Made by a program: the position numbers and the translations under genes | The notes under the pieces: model-generated | Seen by the model: only the letters and a program-made list of their open reading frames with translations | Told to the model about the DNA's origin: nothing | Database searches by the model: none | Assembly (NCBI RefSeq): GCF_001194135.2 | Contig: NC_068985.1 | Span: 22,625,510-22,689,509, forward strand | Direction: 5' to 3' | Source of the DNA: Octopus bimaculoides | Lineage: Eukaryota | Length of the DNA: 64,000 nucleotides | Part shown: piece after piece, positions 25,186 to 37,801 of the stretch | Numbering within the stretch: the stretch's first letter is position 1 | Layout of the letters: every line of letters starts with the position of its first letter

Positions 25186-26427
25186 GCTAACATATTACTC
25201 GTCAATTTTACTGTGCTGACGCCGTTACAACTTTGTACTACGGCACTCACCTTCGTTACAACTTTGTAGCGAAGGTGAATGGCGTAGTGGTTAAGGTGTT
25301 TAGTTAAATACGATAATGTCATGGATTCAATCGCTGGACCGGTTGACAGATTGTGTCTTTGAGAAAGGTACTTAATTTCAAGTTGCCCTAGCCTGCTCAC
25401 CCGTGAGTATTATCCGAGTGTTGATGCACCTTTCTCCTTCCAGTTGTCATATCCTGGGTGCGCCTTTGGGTCAAGGGTGAAGAAGCTGAGAGGATGTCGA
25501 TGTCTGCTCGGGATGACCAAGGTACTTAAAACAAATAGCGAAAGCATGGTACATATATCTATCTGCTTGAGAGTGGAAGGTGGTCGTACATTATACAACT
25601 TTATTATACCGGTGAACTGAGTCGTTTAGATCTTAATGAACAAACACTATTGCAAGAATTCGAATTGACCACTACTCAGGTGGTTTACGACACCCATCAA
25701 CTTGAATGTTCCTATGCTCGGAGAAGTTTGATGCAAACAACTTTTGTTTTAAGCATCATCAATGCTTGTCAGTCGTGTATAGCATGAATAATTTCGAATT
25801 AAAAGTGCTCCCTTACAGGCTTTCATTGGAACGTATTCCTACAAATCACTCAATTTTAAGAAACAGTGATATTACTAAGTCAGCTTTCATTCTATTTTTG
25901 CTACCTCCATAACAAACTGTTTTATGTCGAACTAGCAAGGTAGTCATTGCATGATCCTAGAAATAGCAGCAAATTTCTCTGTCTTAAAAGACTGCGTTAG
26001 GTAATATAGTATTAGTTAAATAACGTTTGAATAAAAGGCAGGTAGTCGTAGGTTTAACACTTTTGGCCATAGGTCTACCAAGGGCATTCTTAACAACCCT
26101 ATGGGTCTCTGAGCAAAACAATACATTGTGGACTCTACATTTATTTATAAGCAGCAAACTACAAACCACAGCAAAGTATTGAGTTCCTAAACCTGTAGGG
26201 CCCCTGAGCAACTGCCCGGTGTACTCATGCCTGAAGACACTGTTAGTCAGGTTTAATCCGAGGCCTAACGGCATCACTGTGGAAGGCTTACTTATTTTCA
26301 CTGACTAGGATATCATTAAAACATTCTGCAATAGCGATTTCGAAAACTTAATCTCTTTCAACAACGCTAAAACAGATTCATAATACATATCGAGGAAACA
26401 AAACTATCATTAAACTACAATTTAAAT

Positions 26428-26600
26428 GCCGCGAGCTGGCAGAATCGTTAGCACGCAGGACAAAATGTTTCTATGTATTTTGTCTATCGTTATGTTCTGA
26501 GTTCAAATTCCGCTGTGGTTGACTTTGCCTTTCATCCTTTCGGATTCAATGAAATAAATACCAGTTGAATACTGGAGTCGATGTAATCGAGTAACCTCCT
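26428..26600 (+). mobile_element. SINE (GCGAGCTGGCAGAA...GAGTTCAAATTCCGC family)
   Basis: Near-identical head and body at 33166-33330. Confidence 0.65.
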
Positions 26601-27339
26601 CACACCAAATCTTATTGAAAATAGGTAACGTAGTTTTAAGGACAGTGTATCTGAGTACAATAAGATGACCACGGTTAGAATGTCTTTGATCGTAGTTTTG
26701 CTGGATTAGGACTAACCTTGAACTAAACAATGACAATGATAACTTATAAAACAATTTCCGACAAGCTCTCGCAGAAAAATTCATCTGAAAGATTGAGTTT
26801 CATTTGCAATCTCGAACAGTTGTTAATCCGTTTCAAAACATAAATTGTATTTAGTTTAATAATTATAATTCCTGTTAAAATAATCAACACAATAAGTGGA
26901 ATGATCAAAGCTTGGCGAAAGATAAATGATAAAATCGTAAAACTCGTTTAAATTGTATACTTTCTTTAATCATATTGGTAATTGTCGACAATATTTCAGA
27001 TACTTTGTGCATGTGTATAACTACACATCAGTGCTCCATTTTGTTTCCTTATAACTTTCTTAGAAATGCATACATTTTTATGATGTATTGTAGATACATT
27101 GCGGAGAGGATAAATTACCATTATATGTATAAAAATAACTCTCTTTGATATTGTGTAGCAAAAAACGTTTTGGAGAGAACGCAGATTACGTAGCATTGAT
27201 GTTTCAAACACCACATGATTTCGAGTTTAGGTAGTCCCACTGCATGGCACCTTCAGCAATCCCGAGCCAACCAATGTCTTGTGAGTGAATTAAGATGGAA
27301 TCTACGCGGAAGTACGCCGCGCACGTGTGTATACCGGGA

Positions 27340-27625
27340 AAGGAGCGCATGGCTTAGTGGTTAGAATGTTGCACTCAGGATCACTAGATCGCGATTTCAA
27401 TTTCTAAACCGGGTGGTGCTTTGTGTTCTTGAGCAAAACACTTTATCTCACGTTGCTCTGCGATCACTTCGAAACGTGACGCGTGGCACACAGCGCACCT
27501 GTTCAGACAACGCCGATTTGATGGAGAGAGTGAGCTAATGTGCGGCACGAACATTTGATCATTATAAACAGATCATTGTGCAAGTCGTCGTCTGTGTCCA
27601 ACAGCGCTTGATACCACATTCCAAT
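27340..27625 (+). mobile_element. tRNA-derived SINE
   Basis: A box TGGCTTAGTGG, B-box-like GATTTCAATTTC, body shared with other copies in the window. Confidence 0.65.
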
Positions 27626-28220
27626 GACAGAAACAAGACAAAAGATATAACTAAAAAAACAAACAAACAAAAAAAAAAAACAAGAGTGAACAATGCACAA
27701 GTTACGGGAATTAGTGATATCAAAATCAAGATGGGAGGAGGAAGAACGATTCGAAATTCACTCAAAAAATCATCGGCAAAATAAAAAATATGCATTTTAA
27801 AGAGAGTTATGAGGAAACAGAATCGAGAGTGGGTGGAAAATTATTCCAAACTCCTTAATTATTACAATCGTAATCGACATCCTCGAAATGTTTCTCTGGA
27901 AAATAACATGGAAAATTTAAAATTTTCATGAAGTTATGCTGAAAGAATTTCGGTAATGGAAGAGAGACACCGATCTGTTTTGCCTAGTTTCGTTTTAGTG
28001 AAAATAAGTAAATTATTGCTTATTTTTTTAAAGTAAAATCATCGCCTAGTTTGATCCGCGTGACGAGTACGTAATTCCAGCCTTCGCTCATTGTTGATCT
28101 GACAAAAAGAAAATGAGATAAAACGTTAAATGAAACGTTAAAAAATTAATTTAGTTTGAAACTTAATAATAGTGACAAGCACCGAGCATACACCGTACAT
28201 TCTAATGAGCATGCCATTAA

Positions 28221-28242
28221 GCCATATTTTCACGCATGCGCA
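28221..28242 (+). promoter_or_regulatory. YY1-like (GCCATATT) and NRF1-like (CGCATGCGCA) motifs upstream of the AKAP7-like ORF
   Basis: Motifs read directly at 28221-28228 and 28233-28242 in a locally CpG-rich stretch; function is inferred. Confidence 0.4.
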
Positions 28243-28350
28243 CTTATCTGATTTCGAATGCCTCGCTCTGTGTCGAAGTTGTTTATTAACTTTCATGGTA
28301 TCATACGCTCTCTACAGCTAACGTTGAAGTTGTCGCAGCTTACACTAAAC

Positions 28351-30117
28351 ATGGACTGGGGTTATAGTGATACAGATACTTCTTCAACGAACAATCCTTC
28401 TTCCCGTGATGAATGCCTTACTATGTCTCCGTCACTGTCTTCAGAAATGTCAGCAAGTGATTCTGACCCTCCTCCGAAAACTGATATTTCTCCTCCCGAA
28501 TCAATACAAGAAACAAAGTCGAAACTTAAGTCGCGCATTCTTCCTAAATCTTTATTGGACTCAGTGACAGAAAAAATTCGCGATGGAATTGTTCCTCAGG
28601 CTGACATTGTAAAGAGTCCTTGTAATTTCAACGATAACTTTTGTATTGGAGAGGAACATCAATTAACTAATACAACTTGTTTTCTGGAAGACGAAACTGT
28701 TTCTCTAACTTTTTGCCCTAAAACTTTTATTGATAAACAAGAGGCAGAAAACATAACGGTTGTTCCTGAGGGTGAAGTCTTGACATCTTCGGAGTGCAAT
28801 GACAGTGTTACGAAACAGACAGTTATCGATGAAGAAAGTGGAACATTAACTTTTAATAATTTAAGTGATGAGAATTCGATTTTAACCGTGTTTAGTGATG
28901 AAGAAACACGAACGAAAAAGCAAAATAAAAATTCGTTCAAACAAATTCCAAATTATTTTATTTCAATCCAGTTTTCTGATACAGAAATTAATACAAATTT
29001 AAAAGATGTACAGAAATCTGTTATGAAAAAAAATGGAAATTATTCCTTGGCAGTTGTACCGCTTCATAGTCTTCACATGACGCTTGCTGTGATGCATTTA
29101 GGGGGAGACGACGATATAGACCGGGCCAGAGCAGCATTAGATCGGTCTGGAGTTAAACTGACACCAAAATATGAAAAGGAGATGTTAAAGCTTCCTTTAC
29201 AAGGTCTGGGAAACTTTAGAAATTCAGTAGTTTTTGCTAAAGTCCAGCCAGGAGACCATGTTGCAAAGTTGGAAGAAATTGCTGAAGAAATTCAAGCGCA
29301 ATTCTTTGCAGAAGGGTTAGTTGGAAAACAATCAAATTTCACGCCTCATGTTACGGTGATGAAGTTATCGAGGGTTGGAAAAAAATTAACTAAAAAGACA
29401 GGATTGAAAAAGATTTATCCTGACGTTTATGATGAATTTATCGACAGTTATTTTGGCTGCCAGCCTGTAGGTAGTATACAACTCTGCTCAATGTTAAAAC
29501 AAAAAGGCATCTCTGGTTATTACCATATAGAGCATGAAATATATTTTGGTACTAGTTCTAAAAATGGAACTAAAAATAGCAACGCTGCTCCAGAATCGGT
29601 TAGTGAAAATCAAATGAAGTTGGGTTCAACCTCAAAACCTTCACCTGACAATGAATGTGAAAAAGCTACTGATATATCAGAGAAAACTAATTCAACTTCC
29701 GATGAAGCAGTCAACCATGCGGATGAAATGAACTCGTCATCAACTTCAACTCTGAAGCCCGATTCGTCCCATTCTGTTATAGGATCTCAGTCACAATTAG
29801 ATACAGAATCAACATGTCCTGCAGAAATAGTAACTGTTATAGAACCACTGGTTGTTGCAGAAATCAGTCCTATATCTGTGAGTGAACCTCGCAGTCCTTG
29901 TAAAAGTTTCGTTGATGTTATTGAAGAAGGTTTGGAACTAGCCGAAGAGGCAATAGAGTATGTTAATAAGGGTTCATCTTTACCTCGTGCCTCTTCACCG
30001 AGTGAATCGCTTCCAAATCCAGATCCACATGAAACAAATATTCAAATTTCAGGTAATGAAGGAAGTTCTCCTCTTACTAAAAAATTAAAAAAGACACCGA
30101 ATTGCAACATTATGTAA
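28351..30117 (+). CDS. Intronless AKAP7-like protein with a 2H-phosphoesterase (AKAP7 central/2'-5' RNA ligase-like) domain, ~588 aa
   Basis: Uninterrupted ORF (in-frame upstream ATG at 28258; ATG 28351 has AAACATGG context). PNYFISIQF, HMT (29074-29082) and PHVTVMKLSR (H at 29347) parallel vertebrate AKAP7 PNYFLSIP / LHITL / PHLTFMKLSK. S/T/E-rich flanks; AATAAA at 30357 and 30442. Confidence 0.85.
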   Translation: MDWGYSDTDTSSTNNPSSRDECLTMSPSLSSEMSASDSDPPPKTDISPPESIQETKSKLKSRILPKSLLDSVTEKIRDGIVPQADIVKSPCNFNDNFCIGEEHQLTNTTCFLEDETVSLTFCPKTFIDKQEAENITVVPEGEVLTSSECNDSVTKQTVIDEESGTLTFNNLSDENSILTVFSDEETRTKKQNKNSFKQIPNYFISIQFSDTEINTNLKDVQKSVMKKNGNYSLAVVPLHSLHMTLAVMHLGGDDDIDRARAALDRSGVKLTPKYEKEMLKLPLQGLGNFRNSVVFAKVQPGDHVAKLEEIAEEIQAQFFAEGLVGKQSNFTPHVTVMKLSRVGKKLTKKTGLKKIYPDVYDEFIDSYFGCQPVGSIQLCSMLKQKGISGYYHIEHEIYFGTSSKNGTKNSNAAPESVSENQMKLGSTSKPSPDNECEKATDISEKTNSTSDEAVNHADEMNSSSTSTLKPDSSHSVIGSQSQLDTESTCPAEIVTVIEPLVVAEISPISVSEPRSPCKSFVDVIEEGLELAEEAIEYVNKGSSLPRASSPSESLPNPDPHETNIQISGNEGSSPLTKKLKKTPNCNIM

Positions 30118-30626
30118 AATGTTTATAGTTGCAATAGAAAGTATAAATATTAAGATCATAAGATATTATTTCAGGACTTTGAAAAATCATCTGTCATTTG
30201 TCATTTTTGCACATGGTTTTGTTTTGCAGTTTCTTTTCTTAAAGTTTTTAGTTTGGTGTAAATATATAAAATTATGAGTTGTTAACAAATTGTGATCGAA
30301 TTACATGATTACAAAATTTAGGAAGTGCCTTGATTAATGCTTTTTTGTTATTTATAAATAAAATCCCTGGCCCCTCTCCCTCTTTTTTTTTTTAAATTTA
30401 AAATTAAATTTTAAGGAAAATCTATTTTACTGTCATTAGGTAATAAAATAAAACCAAAAGAACTTGACATAAAACAACTTCGAAATGTTTTGTAAATTGT
30501 CATCTTTTAAACACTTTGGCAGTCTGTCTCTGGAAAGATAATGAATGACTATATAAATGTGATCTTATTGCACTTTCTTTTTAATACGCTTAGATTTTTT
30601 AAAATTTTTTTGTAGATAGTACTTCA

Positions 30627-30627
<1 letters not shown>

Positions 30628-30692
<65 letters not shown>
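30628..30692. repeat. Compound (CA)n(TA)n microsatellite
   Basis: Read directly. Other (TA)n tracts lie near 350, 2556, 5188, 25155 and 50112. Confidence 0.95.
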
Positions 30693-30696
<4 letters not shown>

Positions 30697-32153
30697 GTAC
30701 TACCTTATAGCTACATTCAATTAAAATTTAAATCTCTATATTTTTTAAATTTACTGTTTCGTCATGGTATATTCTTGTTAAAAGCATCATTTAATTTTAT
30801 AGGCAGTAGTAATAGTTGTTAATCTGTTATATTCACTGACATTTTCTATAAAGAAAATCTTTATTTTATTAATTATTAGCTTGAACATTTAACACCCACC
30901 GCTTTCCCCAAGATCTTCATAATTTACTTATCCAGTGTTATTAATTTCTAAGGTGTACTTGCATTATCAATCTAGTGTTATCGCCGACACCATCTGAAAG
31001 CTAAATATTGCTTCTAATGAAACCAAAGTTAACTTTTGTTGCTAATTAAGCACAACTCATTTCTTAAGAACATTCTAGCATAAAACTGATTATTTTTGGG
31101 CATACGTAAAGTTACGTCTTTCATTATTTGTTTTTCTTATATGCGAAACATTTCTTGTATTTTATAATTATTACTGAACAGTTGTTGCCGAATTCTACTT
31201 CGAAATAGTAGTTGATGTCAAGATTAGTAATAATTTTTTTTTTCCAGTTGTTAAAATGACTAAAATTTGCTTTTAAAGATAGACGAACAGTGTATTTATA
31301 GTTTGGTGCCTCAAAATTGCGCAGCACTTTATAATATATCCAACTCGTTCAACATGTTCATTACCTTGCATGGTTTCAAATTTTCTCTCAATGTTTAAGC
31401 TATCGGGCACTATTATTGTAAAACTTGCATCACACAGAAATTTTTACAATTATTGAACCAGCAAAACAATCTCTAATGATGTGTGTAATTAGTTTAAATT
31501 TACTTTATATGGTCTTCGTTTATCATTTACTAAGTATATAATCAGAACGGCTTTTTCGTGTTGACACCTCGAGATGTGAGGTGCTCACGGAAATTGATAA
31601 ACAAAGTGTGAAGTTATTTTTGTGATGAATATTTGGAAATACTATTAATATAACATGCAATGTTTCTAACCTGAAAATAAATAAATGAAACAAAAACTTA
31701 TTAAAGAAAAGAATTACATGTCTAACCTGCTAAATATTTATATTTCAAAATGTTTGTATATATATATATTTAATGTGCGTTTGTTTGCGGGTGCGCAGCG
31801 GTATGACAATCCCCTCCCCTTTTTTTGTTACTTTGGTTGGCAGTTGCTTTCACCAAAAGACTTAACTATTTGATTGAATTGATTAAATTCTTCAATTATG
31901 ATCCTAAAAATATCTACATAGTCACTGTCATCTGGCTGCTAAGGAATTATTTTCTAATTTATTTAAATGTAAGCAGAGATTTCTCAACCAACAACCAGTG
32001 CCATTGTTGAAATTCTGAGGTAGATTAAATAAGTTGTCAGACGAAATCCTGTTCCAGGCATTGTATTATGCTTTTATTATTCTACTTGTTTAAACTCACC
32101 TAATTTAGAAAAAGGTTCCTGGTTTATGTTAGGAATGGTAATCCTGCTGTAAA

Positions 32154-33647
32154 ACACTTGAACTTCAACGTTTAGGTCATGTTGGAACCTGCTGTACAAT
32201 TTTACTTGGATAAACTATATAAAAATATTTTGAAGAATGCCTCCACCAATAAACATCCCTCTTTTTTTACATCTTCTATTTTGGTGGTTTAGACTCAGCA
32301 ACCAGTAATAATCTTAAAGCACCTTAGCCATTCTTGGTGCAATAGATGAAAACTTCATCAGGTGTTCAATAGTTATGCCTAAATATTCCTCATACCATCA
32401 TTCAACATTTACCGTCCATGCTGGAATGTGTTGGCTGGTTTGACAGGAGGTGGTAAGCCAGAGGACTACATCAGGTTTCACTGTTTTGGCAGTTTATACA
32501 GCTGGATGCCCTTTCTAATGCCAACCACTTTACAGAGTGGATTGGGTGTTGATAATGTCAACAATTTTAGTTTATATTTCTTGACAAGAGCTTAGATCCC
32601 ATATTAAATACATCAGATTCTTAAACTGATTCTCCCATAATTTTTGTACTCCTATCTCCTCCCAACATGAATCAATAAATCTACAGTTTTTGTAAATGCC
32701 ATGGGTTCTGCCTCTCCACCTCAGACTAAAACTTTAAAAGTAACCTTTAAGAAGGCCTATACAAAAGGCTACAAGTACCGTCCACCTTTTCCAATTTAAC
32801 AGATAAACTGTGACTGATATGCAGAACTTTCCTTTTTTTATTTTTTTTTTTTTACATATCCAAATTAAATTTCGTTTTCACACCCAAATGCATAATAATC
32901 GTATTTTTTGATATCCCTTTATAGGTTAAAAATTTTTTTTATACATGGTTTTTCTTAATCCTTTTGATACCAACCCTGCTGAAACTACCTCCAACATTGT
33001 AGTACAAATGTCTTGTTTTCAAAATTCTGAATTAAAATCTTCCACCAAACCTTAGTCACAATTTATGTTCCTAACACTAGCTTAATGATAATTATTTTAC
33101 TATAATCTTTGTTATATTTAAAATTAATTGAAAGAGCATCTCAACAGAAATATGGTAACAAAAGGCGGCGAGCTGGCAGAAATGTTAGCACGCTGGGCGA
33201 AGTGCTTCACGGTATTTCGTCTGAGTTCAAATTCCGCCGAGGTCGACTTTGCCTTTCATCCTTCCGGGGTCGATAAATTAAGTACCAATTACGCACTGGG
33301 GTCGATGTAATTGACTTAATTCCTTTGTCCCCTTGTGGGCAATGAAGAAAATAACTGGTATAGATGTTGGTTGATTTCTCTAGACATGCTTTACATTATA
33401 TATATATAGGAAGGAATGAGAAACAACATAAGGGGTGCACACTTCGACTTCAACGTTTGGGTCATGTTGGAACCTGCTGTACAATTCTACTTGGATAAAC
33501 TATATAATATATAAAAATATTTTGAAGAATGCCTCCACCAATAAACATCCCTCTTTTTGTTTTTACATTTTCAATTTTGGTGGTTTAGACTCAGCCTTGG
33601 TGCAATAGATGAAAACTTCATCAGGTGTTCAATAGTTATGCCTAAAT
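32154..33647. repeat. Local direct duplication of ~210-230 bp (32154-32384 and 33439-33647)
   Basis: Long identical stretches (e.g. gaagaatgcctccaccaataaacatccctc, gatgaaaacttcatcaggtgttcaatagttatgcctaaat), differing by small indels. Confidence 0.85.
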
Positions 33648-34969
33648 GTTCCTGGCAGGTAAAAAAAAATACTCATAATGAAGGAAAGAGAATGCATATA
33701 ATGAACTTGCTCTTGTTGGTTTCAACATTTAAGGATTTGATAACCTACACTTTGCCAGTCATGTTTATGACGAAAGTAACATTCAAGTCCCGGAGAATTT
33801 CCCATTAAATAAAAATCAACAATTTTAAGGTATTTTTTTTTTTTTTGAAAATTTGTATTAATTTCATTTTGTATGAGTGGGTTAAATTATACTTCTCAAT
33901 ATTACCCACAGCAGTAAAAGATACTTCCAAAGTTGTCATGAGTGGTAACGCTAGTATAGTATGCATTTCTTCAGTTTGTGCTCACCCAACTCTACCCTCA
34001 ACATATAGGTTTTCCACTTGGTTGCTCTGTTCAGGCTTTCCTTTCTTTTGTTTCATCCCTCACTCTCTGCCTTTTGCCATCTTTCTGCTTCTCTCACACA
34101 ATACTTACCAAAGTTCAGACTTTAGTTCTCTGATGATCTATAGAGGTTAAACAACCACACTGTTGAAATGAAGTCAATTTGCCTTTATCTGAAACATTTG
34201 TTGATCTCAAAGCTCAGTGCACTATGTATTTAATATTATTTTAAATTATTCAGCTGTTTGTTTTCTGAAATCTAATTACTGCTTTGTTTTAACTATATAT
34301 TTATGTATTTTTAAAATATATATATTTTTTATGGTTTTAAAGAATTTTGTATTTCAAAGGAATTTTATAATAAATTTTGATAAAAAAAAAATTGAATTTC
34401 ATTTTCTTGTTTATTTAGTCACTAGACTATGTTATATTTATTTAAAGTTTGGTACCTATTCTACTGGTCAATTTTTATTGAACCCTCAAGTTATAGGGGA
34501 TGTAAACAAAACTATCAAGCAGCAACGCATATACACACAATAGGCTCCTGCAATTTCCCTAAAACATTTGTTGGCCAGTGTACTGTAAAACATTTTAACA
34601 CCCATATAAATATATATATATTTTTAAAGTCTGAGTAGTGTTCTAGCAACTTTTGTTCAGTTTGAAATTGTATAGAATTTTGACTGTATGAAGAATATGG
34701 AAGGAAAATAATTCCAGAGCCAGTAATTGCATTTTACTTGGATTTTGACATCATTTAAAGGGTTGTTTGTGTGAAACAAGTTTATTAATGCAGCATAGGT
34801 CATTTTGTTATACTCAGTGTAACAGTGAAGACACATGGCTTAGTGATTAGGGGATTTGGCTCACAATTTTAGGGATGTGAGTTTGATACTTTGCAGTGGA
34901 TTGGGATCTTTTTCCCTTTGGCAGGCACATTTAAAAAATAAATTTTTGTAACTAAACACTTTCAAAATT

Positions 34970-35500
34970 CGTATACTGGTAGAATGTGTCACATAAAACA
35001 TCATTTACTCTTGGCGTTTTTGAGAAAATTGTGTTTTTTCAACCAATCAATGACGTCTATTGAGGTGAAAACAATTACTGCTGTTGTTTGTCATTGTTAT
35101 TTATAACATATTTCATCTCATTTACGTTTGTATGAATAAACGAGTGTATCTGAAGCAGGTTTACTTCATGGCACCACCACAATTGTTCGTGCATTTCTAC
35201 TGCTTTTAGTCTTTTTCCCCGGTTTTTCAGCTATTTTTGGAAAGACATTTTGCCCCCCCCCCTCCAATTTCTTCATTTTTTCCAAAACCCTAAAACCAGT
35301 ACAAACACAAACGATGTCATAAATACCAGTGACAAACACCAGCAGTAATTTTATTCAGCTGAATACACATCATTGATTGGTTGAAATTACTGAAATACAA
35401 CTTTTAGCAAGAAATAACTTTGAAAAAATATAAACTTTTCTCAAAAACACTAAGAATAAAAGATATTTTATATGACGTTCTACCAGTGTCCAAAGGGAAA
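34970..35500. mobile_element. MITE-like element with imperfect ~70-bp terminal inverted repeats
   Basis: actggtagaatg..tcacataaaac...tttttgagaaaa (~34975-35040) is the inverse of ttttctcaaaaacac...tatgacgttctaccagt (~35435-35490). Confidence 0.55.
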
Positions 35501-37801
35501 CGATCCGTGGATTGTCCCAGAGCATGATACTTTTATTTCACATTGCTCCAGACCACTCAGCTGGCAAAAAGGAGTTGTACTTGTAATTCAGAGCGATGTT
35601 GAATCTTCCAGAGAACTACGTTAAGGGTACGTGTGTCTACAAAATTTTCTTAGATGCTATAGTTGATTCCATAAGTATGCTTTTCAATCAGCCCATTTAA
35701 TGTACATACAATTTGTCTATCTTTGTACATCCTCCACATTCATTATCTGTTTTGCAACCATGCATTACATAATGTGCCTTTCACTGAAAAAGAGGCTCTC
35801 TAAAGTAATACCTACCTCAATTTAGTCACCCTGTTATACTTTGGCTGTCAACTTCTAGGCATTTGAAGGTACTCATTGCTAATTAAATCTGTGTATACAA
35901 AATCTTTCTACCAGCCAGTCGTAATAAACCAACTTTATTCCGTAGGCTTTGCTTCTATATTCGGAATTTGCTCCTAATTAACTGAGTTGTCTGACTTTCT
36001 GTAGAATTGCACCCAGACCAACAAATTTCTGGCCTATAATGACGACTACTACCTCATTCCTTGGACTACATGATCAAAAACTTTGCAAGAGATTCAATTT
36101 CAGCCATAAAAAAATCTTTACTAGGTTGTTTAACTGCTAATCAGCCCTATGATCTAAGTTATTTCCAGCTGTGATGTATAGGTTAAGAATCAAATTATTG
36201 TCTAATTAGATTTTGTACATAATTACTCCTTCTCTCAAGATACCTGCCTATAATAATAGAAGCATGTAACTAAACTATTTTACCTCCCCTGTCATTTTCA
36301 TCTGGTTAAGTGCTTTGTTCTCATCTCTGGTAACACATCCGAATGCTATTCTCTTCTCAGTCAGATTTGATTGTGAACCATAAATGGCCTCAAACTCAAG
36401 CAATCATAAAATCTAAAGCCACAGCACTGCTATCTGCTCAGATTTAAAACTGTCTCACATATACCTTTTGTAGACTGGCACACTTTTGTGCTGTATCTTC
36501 CAGAAATATCTTTTCTTTCAAAGCATAATGAACTTCAGAACTTCTTAGCTGTAATCCATGTAACATATATGAAAATCTGGTTGGAATGTAATAAACAGCA
36601 ATGTGCAATATAACAATTTCTGTTCATAATTCTTGGTAAAGAAAAACACCAGAACTTCTTGGTACTTTTTTCTCATAATACGTGTCCCTCCCTCCTGCAT
36701 TCCCATCAGATCTTAACAATTGACGTTCTCTCCCCTGTACTTAACTATTCTATTGATGTTCTTAAGTCTTTAACAGTTTTCTGTCTCCAATTGATTCAAT
36801 GAACTGTCCCATAAACTGCAATTGGTGTGCAACAGAGGTACTTGCTACTCTCTTGCAGATGTCATTTCTAACCAGCAAATATGGTCATTGAAGAGGAAAC
36901 AGTCATGTTTTAAGCATGCAGATACATGCTCCCTCCAAGAATGCTATACCCAATTATATCTTTCTGGGAAATCTTACATATTTGTTTGAAAAAAAAAAAA
37001 AAAAAAAAAACCCCGGGGCCTACTCCAGCTCTAGACATCCATAGAGTTTCCTGCAAATCACCTCTACAATAGTCTTGCAAGCACCTTAGATATTCATTTG
37101 TGATGTAGAGACAGTATCAAGCTCTTGTTGGAAACAGTAGGAATAATTAAATAAGCATACAAAATAGTGTACTTGCCAGGAAATTGAACAAACCCAAGTC
37201 GTATACTAAATGTACAAACGTTCAAGAGACTATTCTACTGGTCAGAAAAACTTTTTGTTCTAATAAACAAATCGTGATTATTAAATGAAATTTATTCTTA
37301 AATTGCAGTACTCATCTAGTCATGATAGTAAATCCATGCTTTACTTTGGCAAAGCATATACATCTATTAAGAAACTTTTACCAAATTATTTCCGACTCCC
37401 AACATACAAAATTCACTTCACAATGTCTCACTCTAAAGCTATATTATAACAGATGAATCTTTGTATTTGAGAAACAATACTTCTGCTCTTCAGAATGAAT
37501 CCTTACCAGAAAGGTATAAGCCTCTCTGGTTACTATTGAAACATCTATTTCCATTGATGATTAAATGACATAAGTAACAAAAGGTATGAACTACATTTAG
37601 GAAGTCCTAACATAATCATTTGCATGTGGTTGTTGAAATAACAATGAATACACCAAATAATTCACGAATGAAATTTGGTGCTTCAGAAATTGAGCACAAC
37701 ATAAAATATAGTAGGAATAACTTCAGAAAAATACAGATACCAGGAACAACTTTATTCCACAGTAAAAACAGATATCAAACAGATGCCCGGGATCATTCTC
37801 C

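Noticed and set aside
28258-28350. Upstream in-frame ATG of the AKAP7-like ORF
   Set aside because: Poor context and only ~15 nt from the promoter-like motifs; ATG 28351 preferred, though not proven.
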